Notes under the pieces: generated by a model
Database searches by the model: none
What the model saw: only the letters and a program-made list of their open reading frames with translations
Told to the model about the DNA's origin: nothing
Program-made: the position numbers and the translations under genes
Part shown: in pieces, positions 13,418 to 26,866 of the stretch
Position numbering within the stretch: position 1 is the first letter of the stretch
Layout of the letters: the number at the start of each line of letters is the position of its first letter
Assembly: GCA_002269645.1 (NCBI GenBank)
Contig: NIVC01001399.1
Location: 191,463-255,462, forward strand
Direction: 5' to 3'
Length of the DNA: 64,000 nucleotides
Source of the DNA: Macrostomum lignano
Lineage: Eukaryota

Positions 13418-13909
13418 TGAAATTTTACTGTTATTACTAGCAGTAGGCGGGTAAGTGTGGCTTTTTTGTCATACCATCAACGGGATTTGCAGATAAGGCC
13501 AATCAGCAAAGGGAGAAAATTGAGGGTTGGGGCAGGGCTTGGCAGAGAGAGGCGGCCCGTAAAGCCTCTCTCGAGTTCTTTTAAACTTCCTAATAGCAAT
13601 CCGGGTTTCTTCTTCTCAGGGGTTTTTGTCTCTTCTCAGCACATTTTTCTTTTCTATCCTCTATCATTTCCCTTTTCCCCTCCTTTTTCCTCTCCTCTAT
13701 CCTCTTCTCTACTTTCCTTTTTCCTCTCTTCTCTCTCATCTCCCCTATCCCCTCCTCTCCTCTCCTCTCTTATCTCATTTCTCCCATCTTCTCTCATTTC
13801 CCCTCTCTCCTCTCTTCTTTATGGCCTGCAGTCATGCGCTAGATTCTATATCTAATCCTTAAGTTAAAAAAGTTTGCCAACCCCAGTGTTAGGGTTGATA
13901 CACCTGCCC

Positions 13910-14148
13910 TAATTGGCAGATGTGCAACCGACAGCTCAGCCGCAGCTATTGCACGGTGCATCTGAAGGCTGCGTACGGCTGTTCAGTCCAAGCTAATGCT
14001 GGCACCAATTTTACAGCTGGGCAAACTGAAGCAGTGCAGATCGTTAAGTGTCTTGCTCAATGACACAAATTGTTCCAAGTTGGGTCGAGAATCGAACCTC
14101 CGACCTTTCAGTCGGGAGTCCGACGTTCAAACCACTAGGCTACAACCC
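13910..14148 (-). mobile_element. tRNA-derived CORE-type (MIR-like) SINE
   Basis: The minus strand has an A box (TAGCCTAGTGG) and B box (GGTTCGATTCT), then TGTGTCATTGAGCAAGACACTTAAC...CAGCTGTAAAATTGG, which resembles the MIR CORE domain. A second copy lies at 50314-50590. Confidence 0.8.
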
Positions 14149-15117
14149 CCTAGGCTATATGACTTAAGGGAAAGTTGCTGAGAAGTTCTGGGGTCAGAAT
14201 ACTTTGTAGAATTAACCCATAGACAGCTGGCTTGGCGGCCAATCATAGGAAAAGTATGGGGACTTGATTGGCTGTATTGTCTATGGCCCAGAGCTGCTGC
14301 AGCCAATAGGCATTCTCCATTTGATCAGCTTAATTATCATCAACTTGACTAATCTGTTGGGCCATAGACTAAATGAGTTCGAAATAATCTAATCTGTCAG
14401 TGTAGTGTCTTGTGGCCAAAACCAATGTTTTTATAACAATTTTCATGTTCTTTTTTTCAAATTTTAATTGACTAAAGACTATATATTATTTTAGACTAAG
14501 TAAATCTTATTGTCTGATTTTTTAAATGATTTCAACTGGAAAAATGTTTTTCTTTTGTTTTTTCTATTATTTCTCTAGGAATTTTTGGAATTTGCCGTTT
14601 GTTTCTATCTATTTTTATACTTTTGAACATAGTTCTGACCGTCCGAACAATATTTTAAGACTTTATCTCGCATTGATCCCTCTATCTTTAGATACTTTCC
14701 GTCCTGTTGTATGCGTACAAGAATATTAAATATTAAATAAATATAGTTATAGAAAATGCTCACGACTTTATTATTAAAGCTGATTTCAGTGCTGGTTACT
14801 GAACAGTTAATCGTCAATTGCGTTTAGATTTCGTTTTTTGGTGTCTTTAGGACAGATTATTTAAACATTCATCTTACGAAACCAGTTAGTCCAATGAAGA
14901 TTATGGCTGGGCGATGCCTTATGAGACCGAGAACTATAAGAGTAGCAGCTTTAATCCAACTCTAGCCATGCGCAATTAAGTACTACCTAGAAAAACTATA
15001 GATAGGCCACTCGGCACATTTGCGTGTAAACTACATGCACTATCAGTTTAGTTGTAAATTAATTAAACCGAAGCAATTTTTGTACTTTTAAACACAAGGC
15101 TCATTATTAGCTCTTAA

Positions 15118-17913
15118 CTAGCAATCTTCGCCCCCCGTTGGGGGACATCCGTATAGAATCTCTGTTCTCTACAAGTAATAAGAAGATAGCCAAATAAAGC
15201 TTTCACAAAGAAAACAGACAAACTACTCAAATGAAGTGCAATGCAAAAAGAAATCATCCCAAGACAGCAAGCATCCCCCAGATTGCAAGCATCCCCCGGA
15301 TAGCAAGCATCCCCAGATAGCAAGCATCACCCAAATAGCAAGCATCCCCCAGATAGCAAGAATCCCCAGATAGCAAGCATCCCCCAGATAGCAAGCATCC
15401 CCCAGATAGCAAGCATCCCCCAGATAGCAAGCATCCCCCAGATAGCAAGCATCCCCCAGATAGCAAAAGCATCCCCCAGATAGCAAGCATCCCCCAGATA
15501 GCAAGCATCCCCAGATAGCAAGCATCCCCCAGATAGCAAGCATCCCTCAGATAGCAAGCATCCCCCAGATTGCAAGCATCCCCCAGATAGCAAGCATCCC
15601 CAGATAGCAAGCATCCCTCAGATAGCAAGCATCCCCCAGATAGCAAGCATCCCCAGATTGCAAGCATCCCCCAGATAGCAAGCATCCCCCAGATAGCAAG
15701 CATCCCCCAGATTGCAAGCATCCCCCGGATAGCAAGCATCCCCAGATAGCAAGCATCCCCCAAATAGCAAGCATCCCCCGGATAGCAAGCATCCCCCAGA
15801 AAGCAAGCATCCCCCAGATAGCAAGCATCCCCCAGATAGCAAGCATCCCCAGATTGCAAGCATCCCCCAGATAGCAAGCATCCCCAGATAGCAAGCATCC
15901 CCCAGATAGCAAGCATCCCCCAGATAGCAAGCATCCCCCAGATAGCAAGCATCCCCAGATAGCAAGCATCCCCCAGATAGCAAGCATCCCTCAGATAGCA
16001 AGCATCCCCCAGATAGATAGCATCCCCAAATAGCAAGCATCCACCAGACAATAAGTAGCTAGTGCGACAATTTCCTTAGCATTATAGTGGCTCCTTTAAA
16101 ATTCGCTCACTTTTACGTTTGAAATTGTGTATCTTTTATGTTTGACATGGTGGCTCTTTTATGTTTGAAATGAAGTCACTTATATGTTTGACATGGTGAA
16201 TCTTTTAAATGTTTTACAGGTTGGCTCTTTAATTTTCAACATGGTGGCTCTTTTATGTTCGACATAGTGGCTCCTTTATGTTCGACATGGTGGCTCTTTT
16301 ATGTTCTACATGGTGGTTCTTTTATGTTCGACATGGCGGCTCCTTTATGTTCGACATGGTGGCTCTCTAATGTTTGACATGGTGGCTCCTTAATGTTTGA
16401 CATAGTGGCTCTTTAATATTCAACAAAGTGGCTCTTTAATGTTTGACATAATGACTTTTTAATGTTCAAAATGGTGGCTCTTTAATGTTTGACATGGTGG
16501 CTCTTTAATGTTTGACATGGTGGCTCTTTAATGTTCGACACGATGGCACTTTAATGTTTGACATGGTGGCTCTTTAATGTTTGACATGGTAGCTCTTTAA
16601 TGTTCGAAATGTTTTTTTTGTTTTACAGTGGCTCTTTAATGTTCAACATGGTGGCTCTTTTTTTGTTTGAAATAAAGTCTCTTATATGTTTGACATGGTG
16701 GCTCTTTAATGTTCGGCATGATGGCTCTTTAATGTTCGACATGAAGTCACGTATATGTTTGATATAGAGTCACATATATGTTTTACATAGTGGCTCTTTT
16801 ATGTTTGACATGGTGGCTCTTTTATGTTTGAAATGGTGGCTCTTTTATGTTTGAAATGGTGGCTCTTTAATGTTTGACATGGCGGCTCTTTAATGTTCGA
16901 CATGGTGGCTCTTTACTGTTTGACATAGTGGCTCTTTAATATTCAACATAGTGGCTCTTTAATGTTTGACATGGTGGCTCTTTAATGTTTGACACGATGG
17001 CACTTTAATGTTTGACATGGTGGCTCTTTAATGTTTGACATGGTGGCTCCATTATGTTTACATGGTAACTCTTTAATTTTTGACATTGTGGCCCTTTAAT
17101 GTTCGACATGGTGGTTCTTTAATGTTCGACATGGAGTCACGAATATGCTCGACATGGTGGCTCTTTAATGTTTGACATTGTGGCCTTTTAATGTTCGACA
17201 TGGTGGCTCTTTGATGTTTGACATGGTGGCTCTTTAATGTTCGACATGGTGGCTCTCTAATTTTTGACATTGTGGCTCTTTAATGTTCGACATGGAGTCG
17301 CGTATATGCTTGGCATGGTGGCCCTTTTATGTTTAGCATTTTGTGTTTTGAAGGTGTTTTAACAAAAAAATTATTTTGCTCTACTAAGATTCGAACCCAG
17401 GTCACTACATTAGCAGTCCGGTCTGCTCGCATCTAGGCTATCTCTTTTTTTAATCTGAGAACATGAACTGTGGCCCTTTGAATTCAATTCTTACAGCAAG
17501 TCAATTGGAGTAAAAAGTTATGACATAATCAATTTCTCGGTCAGCCAGTATCAGTCCCAATTTAAGTTAGCAATATGGTTACGCAATTTCTATCAAGTAG
17601 TGTGTGCATTTCTTTGACACTGTTTTCAACTTTTTGTGATGCAATCTTTATCACAATTGAAATTCAGTCAGTCAGTTTTTTCTCTCGCATTTTTACAATG
17701 CCTTTCAAGTTGAAAGAGCTGCTTGACCTTTGCAAAAAAGCATGTTTTTCGAATATTTAATCCCTTTAAAATTGAGCAATTTCTTAGCCAAGATGCATGT
17801 ACCGTCCCAGGAAAATTTCTGATCGAATAGTGCAAGTTTGAAGAAAATCGGTTAAGCCGTTTTTTCTGAAATCCATCTCACAGAGACACACATTTCATTT
17901 TTAGTATATAGGA
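15118..17913 (-). mobile_element. Non-autonomous Helitron-like element, array unit 1
   Basis: On the minus strand it starts 5'-TCCTATATACTAAAAATG and ends ...GAAGATTGCTAG-3', with a GC hairpin 8 nt before CTAG, followed by host T. It contains a 17-18 bp and a 22-23 bp minisatellite plus a tRNA-like segment. Confidence 0.8.
17381..17441 (-). other. tRNA-like Pol III cassette inside each Helitron-like unit (also ~20827-20887, ~23333-23393, ~26328-26388, ~29846-29906)
   Basis: The minus strand reads TAGCCTAGATGCG (A-box-like), GGACTGCTAAT (tRNA-Ser-like anticodon arm) and GGGTTCGAATCTTAG (B box/T arm), with a T-run shortly downstream. There is no acceptor stem. Confidence 0.7.
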
Positions 17914-20900
17914 CTAGCAATCTTCGCCCCCCGATGGGGGGCATCTAGATAGAATCTCTGGCACTCTACAAGTATCAAAAAGACGGCCAAATAAAGCCTT
18001 CACATAGACAATAGAAAAACTGCTCAAATGAAGTGCAATGCAAAAAAATATCCCAGGACAGCAAGCAACCCCCCAGATAGCAAGCACCCCCAGATAGCAA
18101 GCATCCACCTAATAGCAAGCACCCTTAGATAGCAAGCATCCCCAGATAGCAAGCACCCTTGGATAGCAAGGCAAGCATCTCCAGATAGCAAGCACCCCCA
18201 GATAGCAGGCACCCCAGATAGCAAGCATCCACCTAATAGCAAGCACCCCAAGATAGCAAGCATCCACCTAATAGCAAGCACCCTTAGATAGCAAGCACCC
18301 CCAGATAGCAAGCACCCCCAGATAGCAAGCACCCCAAGTAGCAAGCATCTCTAGATAGCAAGCACCCCAGATAGCAGGCACCCCAGATAGCAAGCATCCA
18401 CCTAATAGCAAGCACCCCAAGATAGCAAGCATCCACCTAATAGCAAGCACCCTTAGATAGCAAGCACCCCCAGATAGCAAGCACCCCCAGATAGCAAGCA
18501 TCTCCAGATAGCAAGCACCCCCAGATAGCAAGCATCCACCTAATAGCAAGCACCCCCAGATAGCAAGCATCCACCTAATAGCAAGCACCCCCAGATAGCA
18601 AGCATCCACCTAATAGCAAGCACCCCCAGATAGCAAGCACCCCCAGATAGCAAGCACCCCCAGATAGCAAGCATCTCTAGATAGCAAGCACCCCCAGATA
18701 GCAGGCACCCCAGATAGCAAGCATCCACCTAATAGCAAGCACCCCAGATAGCAAGCATCTCCAGATAGCAAGCACCCCCAGATAGCAGGCACCCCAGATA
18801 GCAAGCATCCACCTAATAGCAAGCACCCCCAGATAGCAAGCACCCCCAGATAGCAAGAACCCCCAGATAGCAGGCACCCCAGATAGCAAGCATCCACCTA
18901 ATAGCAAGCACCCCCAGATAGCAAGCACCCCCAGATAGCAAGCACCCCCAGATAGCACGCATCTCCAGATAGCAAGCACTCCAAGATAGCAGGCACCCCA
19001 GATAGCAAGCATCCACCTAATAGCAAGCACCCCCAGATAGCTAGAACCCCCAAGATAGCAAGCATCCCCCCAGATAGCAAGCACCCACAGATAGCACGCA
19101 TCTCCAGATAGCAAGCACTCCAAGATAGTAGGCACCCCATTTATGTTTGACATGGTAGCTGTTTTGTGTCTGACATGGTGGCTCTTTAATGTTTGAGCTG
19201 GTGGCTCTTTTATGTTTGACATGGTGGCACTTTATTGTCTGAAATGGAGTCATGTATACGCTTGACATGGTGACTCGTAGATGTTTGACAAAGTGGCTCT
19301 TTTATGTTCGACATGTGGCTCTTTAATGTTTGACATGGTGGCTCTTTAATGTTTGACATGGTGGCTCTTTAATGTTTGACATGGTGGGTCTTTAATTTAT
19401 GACATGGTGGCTCTTTTATGTTTGACATGATGGCTCTTTAATGTTCGACATGGTGGCTGTTTAATGTTTGTTATGTAGTCATATGTATATGTTTTACATG
19501 GTGGCTCTTTTATGTGTGACATGGAGTCACGTATATATTTGACATGGAGTCACATATGTTTGACATGGTGGCTCTTTAGTGTTCGATATGGTGGCTCTTT
19601 AATGTTTGACATGGTGGCTCTTTTATGTTTGACATAGTGGCTCTTTAATGTCTGACATGGTGGCTCTTTAATGTTTGACATGGTGGCTCTTTTATGTTTG
19701 ACATGATGGCTCTTTAATGTTCGACATGGTGGGCTGTTTAATGTTTGTTATGTAGTCATATGTATATGTTTTACATGGTGGCCCTTTTATGTGTGACATG
19801 GAGGCACGTATATATTCGACATGGAGTCACATATGTTTGACATGGTGGCTCTTTAGTGTTCGATATGGTGGCTCTTTAATGTTTGACATGGTGGCTCTTT
19901 AATGTCTGACATGGTGGCTCTTTAATGTTTGACATGGTGGCTCTTTTATGCTTGACATGGTGGCTCTTTAATGTTCGACATGGTGGCTCTTTAATGTTTG
20001 ACATGGTGGCTCTTTTATGCTTGACATGGTGGCTCTTTTATGTTCGACATGGAGGCTCTTTTTTGTTCTACATGGTAACTCTTTTATGTTTGATACGGTG
20101 GCTTTTTAGTATCTGACATTGTGGCTCTTCTATGTTTGACATTGTGGCTCTTTTATGTTTGACATGGTGGCTCTTTAATGTTTGACATGGTGGCTCTTTA
20201 ATGTACGACATAAAGGTTCGTTTATGTTCGACATGGTGGCTCTTTTAGGTTTGACATGGTAGCTCTTTTATGTTCGACATGGTGGCTCTTTTAGGTTTGA
20301 CATGGTGGCTCTTTTAGGTTTGACATGGTAGCTCTTTTATGTTCGACATGGTGGCTCTTAAATGTTTCACATGATGGCTCTTAAATGTCTTACATGGTGG
20401 CTCTTTTATGTTTGACAATGTGGCTCTTTAATGTTTTACATGGCGGCTCTTTTATGTTCGAAATGGTGGCTCTTTAATGTTCGACATGGTGGCTCTTTAA
20501 TGTTTGACATGCTAGCTCTTTAATGTTCGACATAGTGGCTCTTTTATGTTTGGCATGGTGGCTCTTTAATGTTCTTCATGGTGGCTCTTTTACGTTTGAC
20601 ATGGTGGCACTTTAATGTTCGACGTGGTGGCTCTTTAATGTTCGAAATGGTGACTCTTTAATGTTTCACATGGTGGCTCTTTAATGTTTGACATAGAGTC
20701 ACGTATTTGTTTTACATGGTGCCCATGTAATGTTTGACATGGTGCCTCTTTTATGTTAGACATTGTGCTTTTTTATGTTTAGCAGTTTCGTGTTTTCAAG
20801 GTGTTTTATAAAAAAATTATTTTGCACTACTAAGATTCGAACCCAGGTCGCTACGTTGGCAGTCCAGTCTGTTCGTATCTAGGCTATCTCTTTTCAATTG

Positions 20901-21367
20901 GAGTACATGAATTGTGGCCCTTATAATTAAATTCTTACAGCAAGTCAATTGGGGTAAAAAGTTATGACATAATCAATTTCTCAGTCAGCCAGTATCAGTC
21001 TCAGTTCAAGTTAGCAATATTGGTTACGCAATTTTAATCAAGTCGTGTGTGCATTTCTTCGGCACTGTTTTCAACTTGTTGTGATGCAATCTTTATGACA
21101 ATCAGAATTCAGCCAGTCAGTTTTTTTCTCTAGCATTCTTACAATGAATTTTAGGTCGAAAGAGCTGCTTGACCTTTGCAAAAAAGCATGTTTTTCGAAT
21201 ATTTAATCCCTTTATCATTGAGCAATTTTTTAGCCAAGATGCATGTACCGTCCCAGGAAAATTTCTGATCGAATGGTGCAAGTTTGAAGAAAATCGGTTG
21301 AGCCATTTTTTCTGAAATCTATCGCATACCTACCCACATACAGACAACTCATTTTTAGTATATAGGA
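17914..21367 (-). mobile_element. Non-autonomous Helitron-like element, array unit 2
   Basis: Same termini, with a perfect GCCCCCC-GAT-GGGGGGC hairpin at 17926-17942. Joined directly to unit 1 (CTAG|TCC on the minus strand). Confidence 0.8.
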
Positions 21368-23880
21368 CTAGCAATCTTCGCCCCCCGATGGGGGACATCT
21401 GGATAGAATCTCTGTTCTCTACAAGTAACAAAAAGACAGCCAAAAATCCTTCAAAAAGACAACAAACAAACTGCTCAAATGAAGTGCATTGCAAAAAGAA
21501 ATCATCCCAAGACCACAAGCATCCCCCAGATAGCAAGCATCCCCAAGATAGCAAGCATCCCCCAGATAGCAAGCATCCCCCAGATAGCAAGCATCCCCAA
21601 GATAGCAAGCATCCCCCAGATAGCAAGCATCCCCAAGATAGCAAGCATCCCCCAGATAGCAAGCGTCCCCCAGATAGCAAGCATCCCCCAGATAGCAAGC
21701 ATCCCCAGATAGCAAGCATCCCCCAGATTGCAAGCATCCCCCAGATAGCAAGCATCCCCGGATAGCAAGCATCCCCCAGAAAGCAAGCATCCCCAGATAG
21801 ATAGCATCCCAAAGATAGCAAGCATCCCCCAGATAGCAAGCATCCCCAAGATAGCAAGCATCCCCCAGATAGCAAGCGTCCCCCAGATAGCAAGCATCCC
21901 CCAGATAGCAAGCATCCCCCAGATAGCAAGCATCCCCAGATTGCAAGCATCCCCCAGATAGCAAGCATCCCCCAGATAGCAAGCATCCCCCAGATAGCAG
22001 GCATCCCCTAGATAGCAAGCATCCCCCAGATAGCAAGCATCCCCCAGATAGCAAGCATCCCCCAAGATAGCAAGCATCCCCCAGATAGCAGGCATCCCCA
22101 AGATAGCAAGCATCCCCAGATAGCAAGCATCCCCAAGATAGATAGCATCCCCAAGATAGCAAGCATCCCCCAGATAGCAAGCATCCCCAAGATAGATAGC
22201 ATCCCCAAATAGTAAGCATCCACCAGACAATAAGTAGCTAGTGCGACAATTTCCTTAGCATTATAGCGGCTCCTTTAAAATTCGCTTACTTTTACGTTTG
22301 AAATTGTGTATCTTTTATGTTTAACAGGGTGGCTCTTTTATGTTATACATTGTGGCTCTTTTATGTTATACATTGTGGCTCTTTAATGTTCGACATGGTC
22401 GCTCTTTAATGTTCGACATGGTGGCTCTTTTATGTTCAACATGGTGTCGCTTCAATGTTTGACATGGAGTTACGTATATGTTTTACATGGTGGCTCTTTT
22501 ATGTTCGACATGGCGTCATGTATATGTTTGACATGGTAGCTCTTGAATGTTCAACATGGAGTCATGTATATGTTTGACATGGTGGCTCTTTAATGGTCGA
22601 CATGGTGGCTCTTTAATGTTTGACATAGTGTCTCTTTAATGTTTGACATGGAGTCATGTAGATGTTTGCCATGGTGGCTCTTTTATGTTTTGCATGGTGG
22701 CTCTTTTATGTTCGACATGGCGTCTCTTCAATGTTTGACATGGAGTCATGTATATGTTTGACATGGTGGCTCTTGTATTTTTAACATGTTGGCTCTTTAA
22801 TGTTCGACATGGTGGCTCTTCAATGTTTGACATGGAGTCATGTATATGTTTGACCTGGTTGCTCTTTAATGTTTGACATGGTGGCTCTTTAATGTTCGAC
22901 ATGGTGGCTCTTTTAGGTTTGAAATGGTGGCTCTTTAATGTTTGACATGGTGGCTTTTTAATGTTCGACATGGTGGCTCTTTTATGTTCGACATGGCGTC
23001 ATGTATATGTTTGACATGGTAGCTCTTGAATGTTCAACATGGAGTCATGTATATGTTGGACATGGTGGCTCTTTAATGTTCGACATGGTGGCTCTTTAAT
23101 GTTCGACATGGTGGCTCTTTAATGGTCGACATGGTTGCTCTTTAATGTTCGACATGGTGGCTCTTTAATGTTCGACATGGTGACTCTTTAATGGTCGACA
23201 TGGTGGCTCTTTAATGGTCGACATGGTGGCTCTTTAATGTTTGACATGGTGGCTCTTTAATGTTTGACATTTTGCTTTCTTGTGTTTAGCATTTTGTGTT
23301 TTTAAGGTTTTTGAATAAAAAATCTTTTTGCACTACTAAGATTCGAACCCAGGTCGCAGCATTAGCAGTCCAGTCTGTTCGCATCTATGCTATCTCTTGT
23401 CAATTGGAGTACATGAATTGTGGCCCTTATAATTCAATTCTTATAGCAAATCGGTTAGAGTAAAAAGTTATGACATAATCAATTTCTCAGTCAGCCAGTA
23501 TCAGTGTCAATTTAAGTTAGCAATATTGGTTACGCAATTTAAATCAAGTTTTGTGTGCATTTGTTTGGCACTGTTTTCAACTGGTTGTGATGTAATCTTT
23601 ATCACAATTGGAATTCAGTCAGTCAGTTTTTTCTCTAGCATTCTTACAATGCATTTCAGGTCGAAAGAGCTGCTTGACCTTTGCAAAAAAGCATGTTTTT
23701 CGAATATTTAATCCCTTTAATATTGAGCAATTTCTTAGCCAAGATGCATGTACCGTCCCAGGAAAAGTTTTGATCAAATGGTGCAAGTTTGAAGAAAATC
23801 GGTTGAGCCATTTTTTCTGAAATCTATCGCATACCTACCTACCTACCTACCCACAGACAACTCATTTTTAGTATATAGGA
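21368..23880 (-). mobile_element. Non-autonomous Helitron-like element, array unit 3
   Basis: Same termini and module order; joined directly to unit 2. Confidence 0.8.
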
Positions 23881-23884
23881 TTGA

Positions 23885-26866
23885 CTAGCAATCTTTGCCC
23901 CCCGATGGGGGACATCTGGATAGAATCCTTGTTTTTTACAAATAACAAATAGACAGCGAAATAAAGCCTTCAGAAAAAACAACAGACATTCCCTCTTAAA
24001 AACAAAACATCCCAAGACAGCAAGCATCCTCAGACAACATTCAAGCATTGATCCCCAAATAGCAAGCATCCCCCAGACTGCAAGCATCCCCCAGATAGCA
24101 AGCATCCCCAGATAGCAAGCATCCCCCAGACTGCAAGCATCCCCCGATAGCAAGCATTCCCCCAGACCCCAGATAGCAAGCATCCCCCAGATAGCAAGCA
24201 TCCCGCAGATAGCAAGCATCCCCCAGATAGCAAGCATTCCTCAGATAGCAAGCATCCCCCAGATCGCAAGCATCCCCAGATAGCAAGCATTCCCCCAGAC
24301 CCCAGATAGCAAGCGTCCCCCAGATAGCAAGCATCCCGCAGATAGCAAGCATCCCCCAGATAGCAAGCATCCCGCAGATAGCAAGCATCCCCCAGATAGC
24401 AAGCATCCCCCCCCCAAGATAGCAAGCATCCCCCCCCCAAGATAGCAAGCATCCCCCAGACAGCAAGCAACCCCTGATAGCAAGCATAACCTGGATACAA
24501 AGATACCTTATAGATATCTAGCAACCCCCTCTCAGATAGCAAGTACTCTCCACCCCCAAGAGCAAGCATCCCCCTGATAGCAAGTATCCATCCTTAAATA
24601 GCAAGCATCCACCAGAGAACAAGTAGCTAGTGCAACAATTTCCTTAGCTTTATAATGGTTTCATTTTGTTTGGCATGACACTTCTTTTATGTTTGAAATG
24701 GTGTCTCTTTTTTGTTTAAAAAAGTGGCTTTTTAATGTTTGACATGGTAGCTCTTTTGTGTTTGACATGGTAGCTCTTTAATGTTTGACATGGTGGCTCT
24801 TCTATGTTTGCCATGGCGGCCCTTTTACGTTTGAAATGGTGTCTCTGTTATGTTTGACATGGTGGCTTAGTTGTTTGACATGGTGGCTCTTCTATGTTTG
24901 ACATGGTGGCTCTTCTATGTTTGACATGGCGGCCCTTTTACATTTGAAATTGTGTCTTTTTATATTAGGCATAATGGCTCAATAATGTTTTGACATGGTA
25001 GCTCTTTTATGTTTGATATGGTGGCTCCCTTATGTGTGACATGGTGTCTTTTTTATTTTTAATGTTTGACATGGAGTCATATATGTTTGACATGGAGTCA
25101 TATATGTTTGACATGGAGTCATATATGTTTGACATGGTGGCTCTTTAATGTTTGACATGGAGTCACGTATATGTTTGACATGGTGGCTCTTTAATGTTTG
25201 ACATTGAGTCACGTATATGTTTCACATGATGGCTCTTTTATGTTTGACATGATGGCTCTTTTATGTTTGACATGGTAGCTCTTTTATATTTTACATGGTG
25301 GCTCTTTTATGTTCGACATGGCTGATCTTGAATGTTTGACATGGTGGCTCTTTAATGTTTGACATGGTGGCTCTTTAATGTTTGACATGGTGGCTCTTTT
25401 ATGTTTGACATGGTGGCTCCTTAATGTTGAACATGGTGGCTCTTTAATGTTCGACATGGTGGCTCTTTTATGTTTGACATGATGGCTCTTTTATGTTTGA
25501 CATGGTAGATCTTTTATGTTTGACATGGTGGCTCTTAAATGTTTGAAATGTTGTCTCTGTTATGTTCGACATGGTGTCTCTTGAATGTTTGACATGGTGG
25601 CTCTTTAATGTTTGACATGGTGGCTCTTTTATGTTCGACATGGTGGCTCTTTTATGCTCGACATGGTGGCTCTTTAATGTTTGACATGGTGGCTCTTTAA
25701 TGTTCAACATGGTGGCTATTTTATGCTCGACATGGTGGCTCTTTTATGTTTGACATGGTGGCTCTTAAATGTTTGAAATGTTGTCTCTGTTATGTTCGAC
25801 ATGGTGGCTCTTTTATGTTTGACATGGTAGCTCTTTTATATTTTACTTGGTGGCTCTTTAATGTTTGACATGGTGGCTCTTCAATGTTCAACATGGTGGC
25901 TCTTTAATGTTCGACATGGTGGCTCTTTAATGTTTGACATGATGGCTCTTTTATGTTTAAAATGTTGTCTCTGTTATGTTTGACATAGTGGCTCTTTAAT
26001 GTTCGACATGGTGGCTCTTTTATGTTTGACATGATGGCTCTTTTATGTTTGAAATGTTGTCTCTGTTATGTTCGACATGGTGGCTCTTTAATGTTTGACA
26101 TGGTGGCTCTTTAATGTTTGACATTGAGTCACGTATATGTTTCACATGGTGGCTCTTTTATGTTTGAAATGGTGGCTCTTTTATGTTTGACATGGTGTCT
26201 CTTCTGTGTTCTACATGGTGGCACTTTTTTTTGTTTGGCATGGTGGCTCTTTTATATTTGACATTGCGCTTCTTTTATGTTTAGCATTTTGTGTTTTAAA
26301 GTGTTTTAATAAAAAAATGTTTTTGCACTACTAAGATTCGAACCCAGGTCGCTACATTAGCAGTCCAGTCTGTTCGCATCTTGGCTATCTCTTTTCAATT
26401 GGAGAACATGTATTGTGGCCCTTATAATTCAATTCTTATAGCAAGTCAGTTAGAGTAAAAAGTTATGACATAATCAATTTCTCAGTCAGCCAGTATCAGT
26501 CTCAATTCAAGTTAGCAATATGGTTACGCAATTACAATCAAGTCTTGTGTGCATTTTTTCGACACTGTTTTCATCTTGTTGTGATGCAATCTTTATCACA
26601 ATTGAAATTCAGTCAGTCAGTTTTTTCTTTCGCATTTTTACAATTCATTTCAGGTCGAAAGAGCTGCTTGACCTTTGCAAAAAAGCATGTGTTTCGAATA
26701 TTTAATCCCTTTAAAATTGAGCAATTTCTTAGCCAAGATGCATGTACCGTCCCAGGAAAATTTCTGATCAAATGGTGCAAGTTTGAAGAAAATCGGTTGA
26801 GCCACTTTTTCTGAAATCTATCGCATAGCTAGTTAGTTACAGACATTTCATTTTTAGTATATATGA
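23885..26866 (-). mobile_element. Non-autonomous Helitron-like element, array unit 4
   Basis: Same module order. Separated from unit 3 by a 4 nt spacer (TTGA, 23881-23884); its 5' end reads TCA instead of TCC. Confidence 0.78.

Noticed and set aside
14870-14945. Possible hammerhead ribozyme (CGAAAC and CTTATGA motifs)
   Set aside because: The core CUGAUGA is not intact, the motif order is wrong, and I could not form the three stems.
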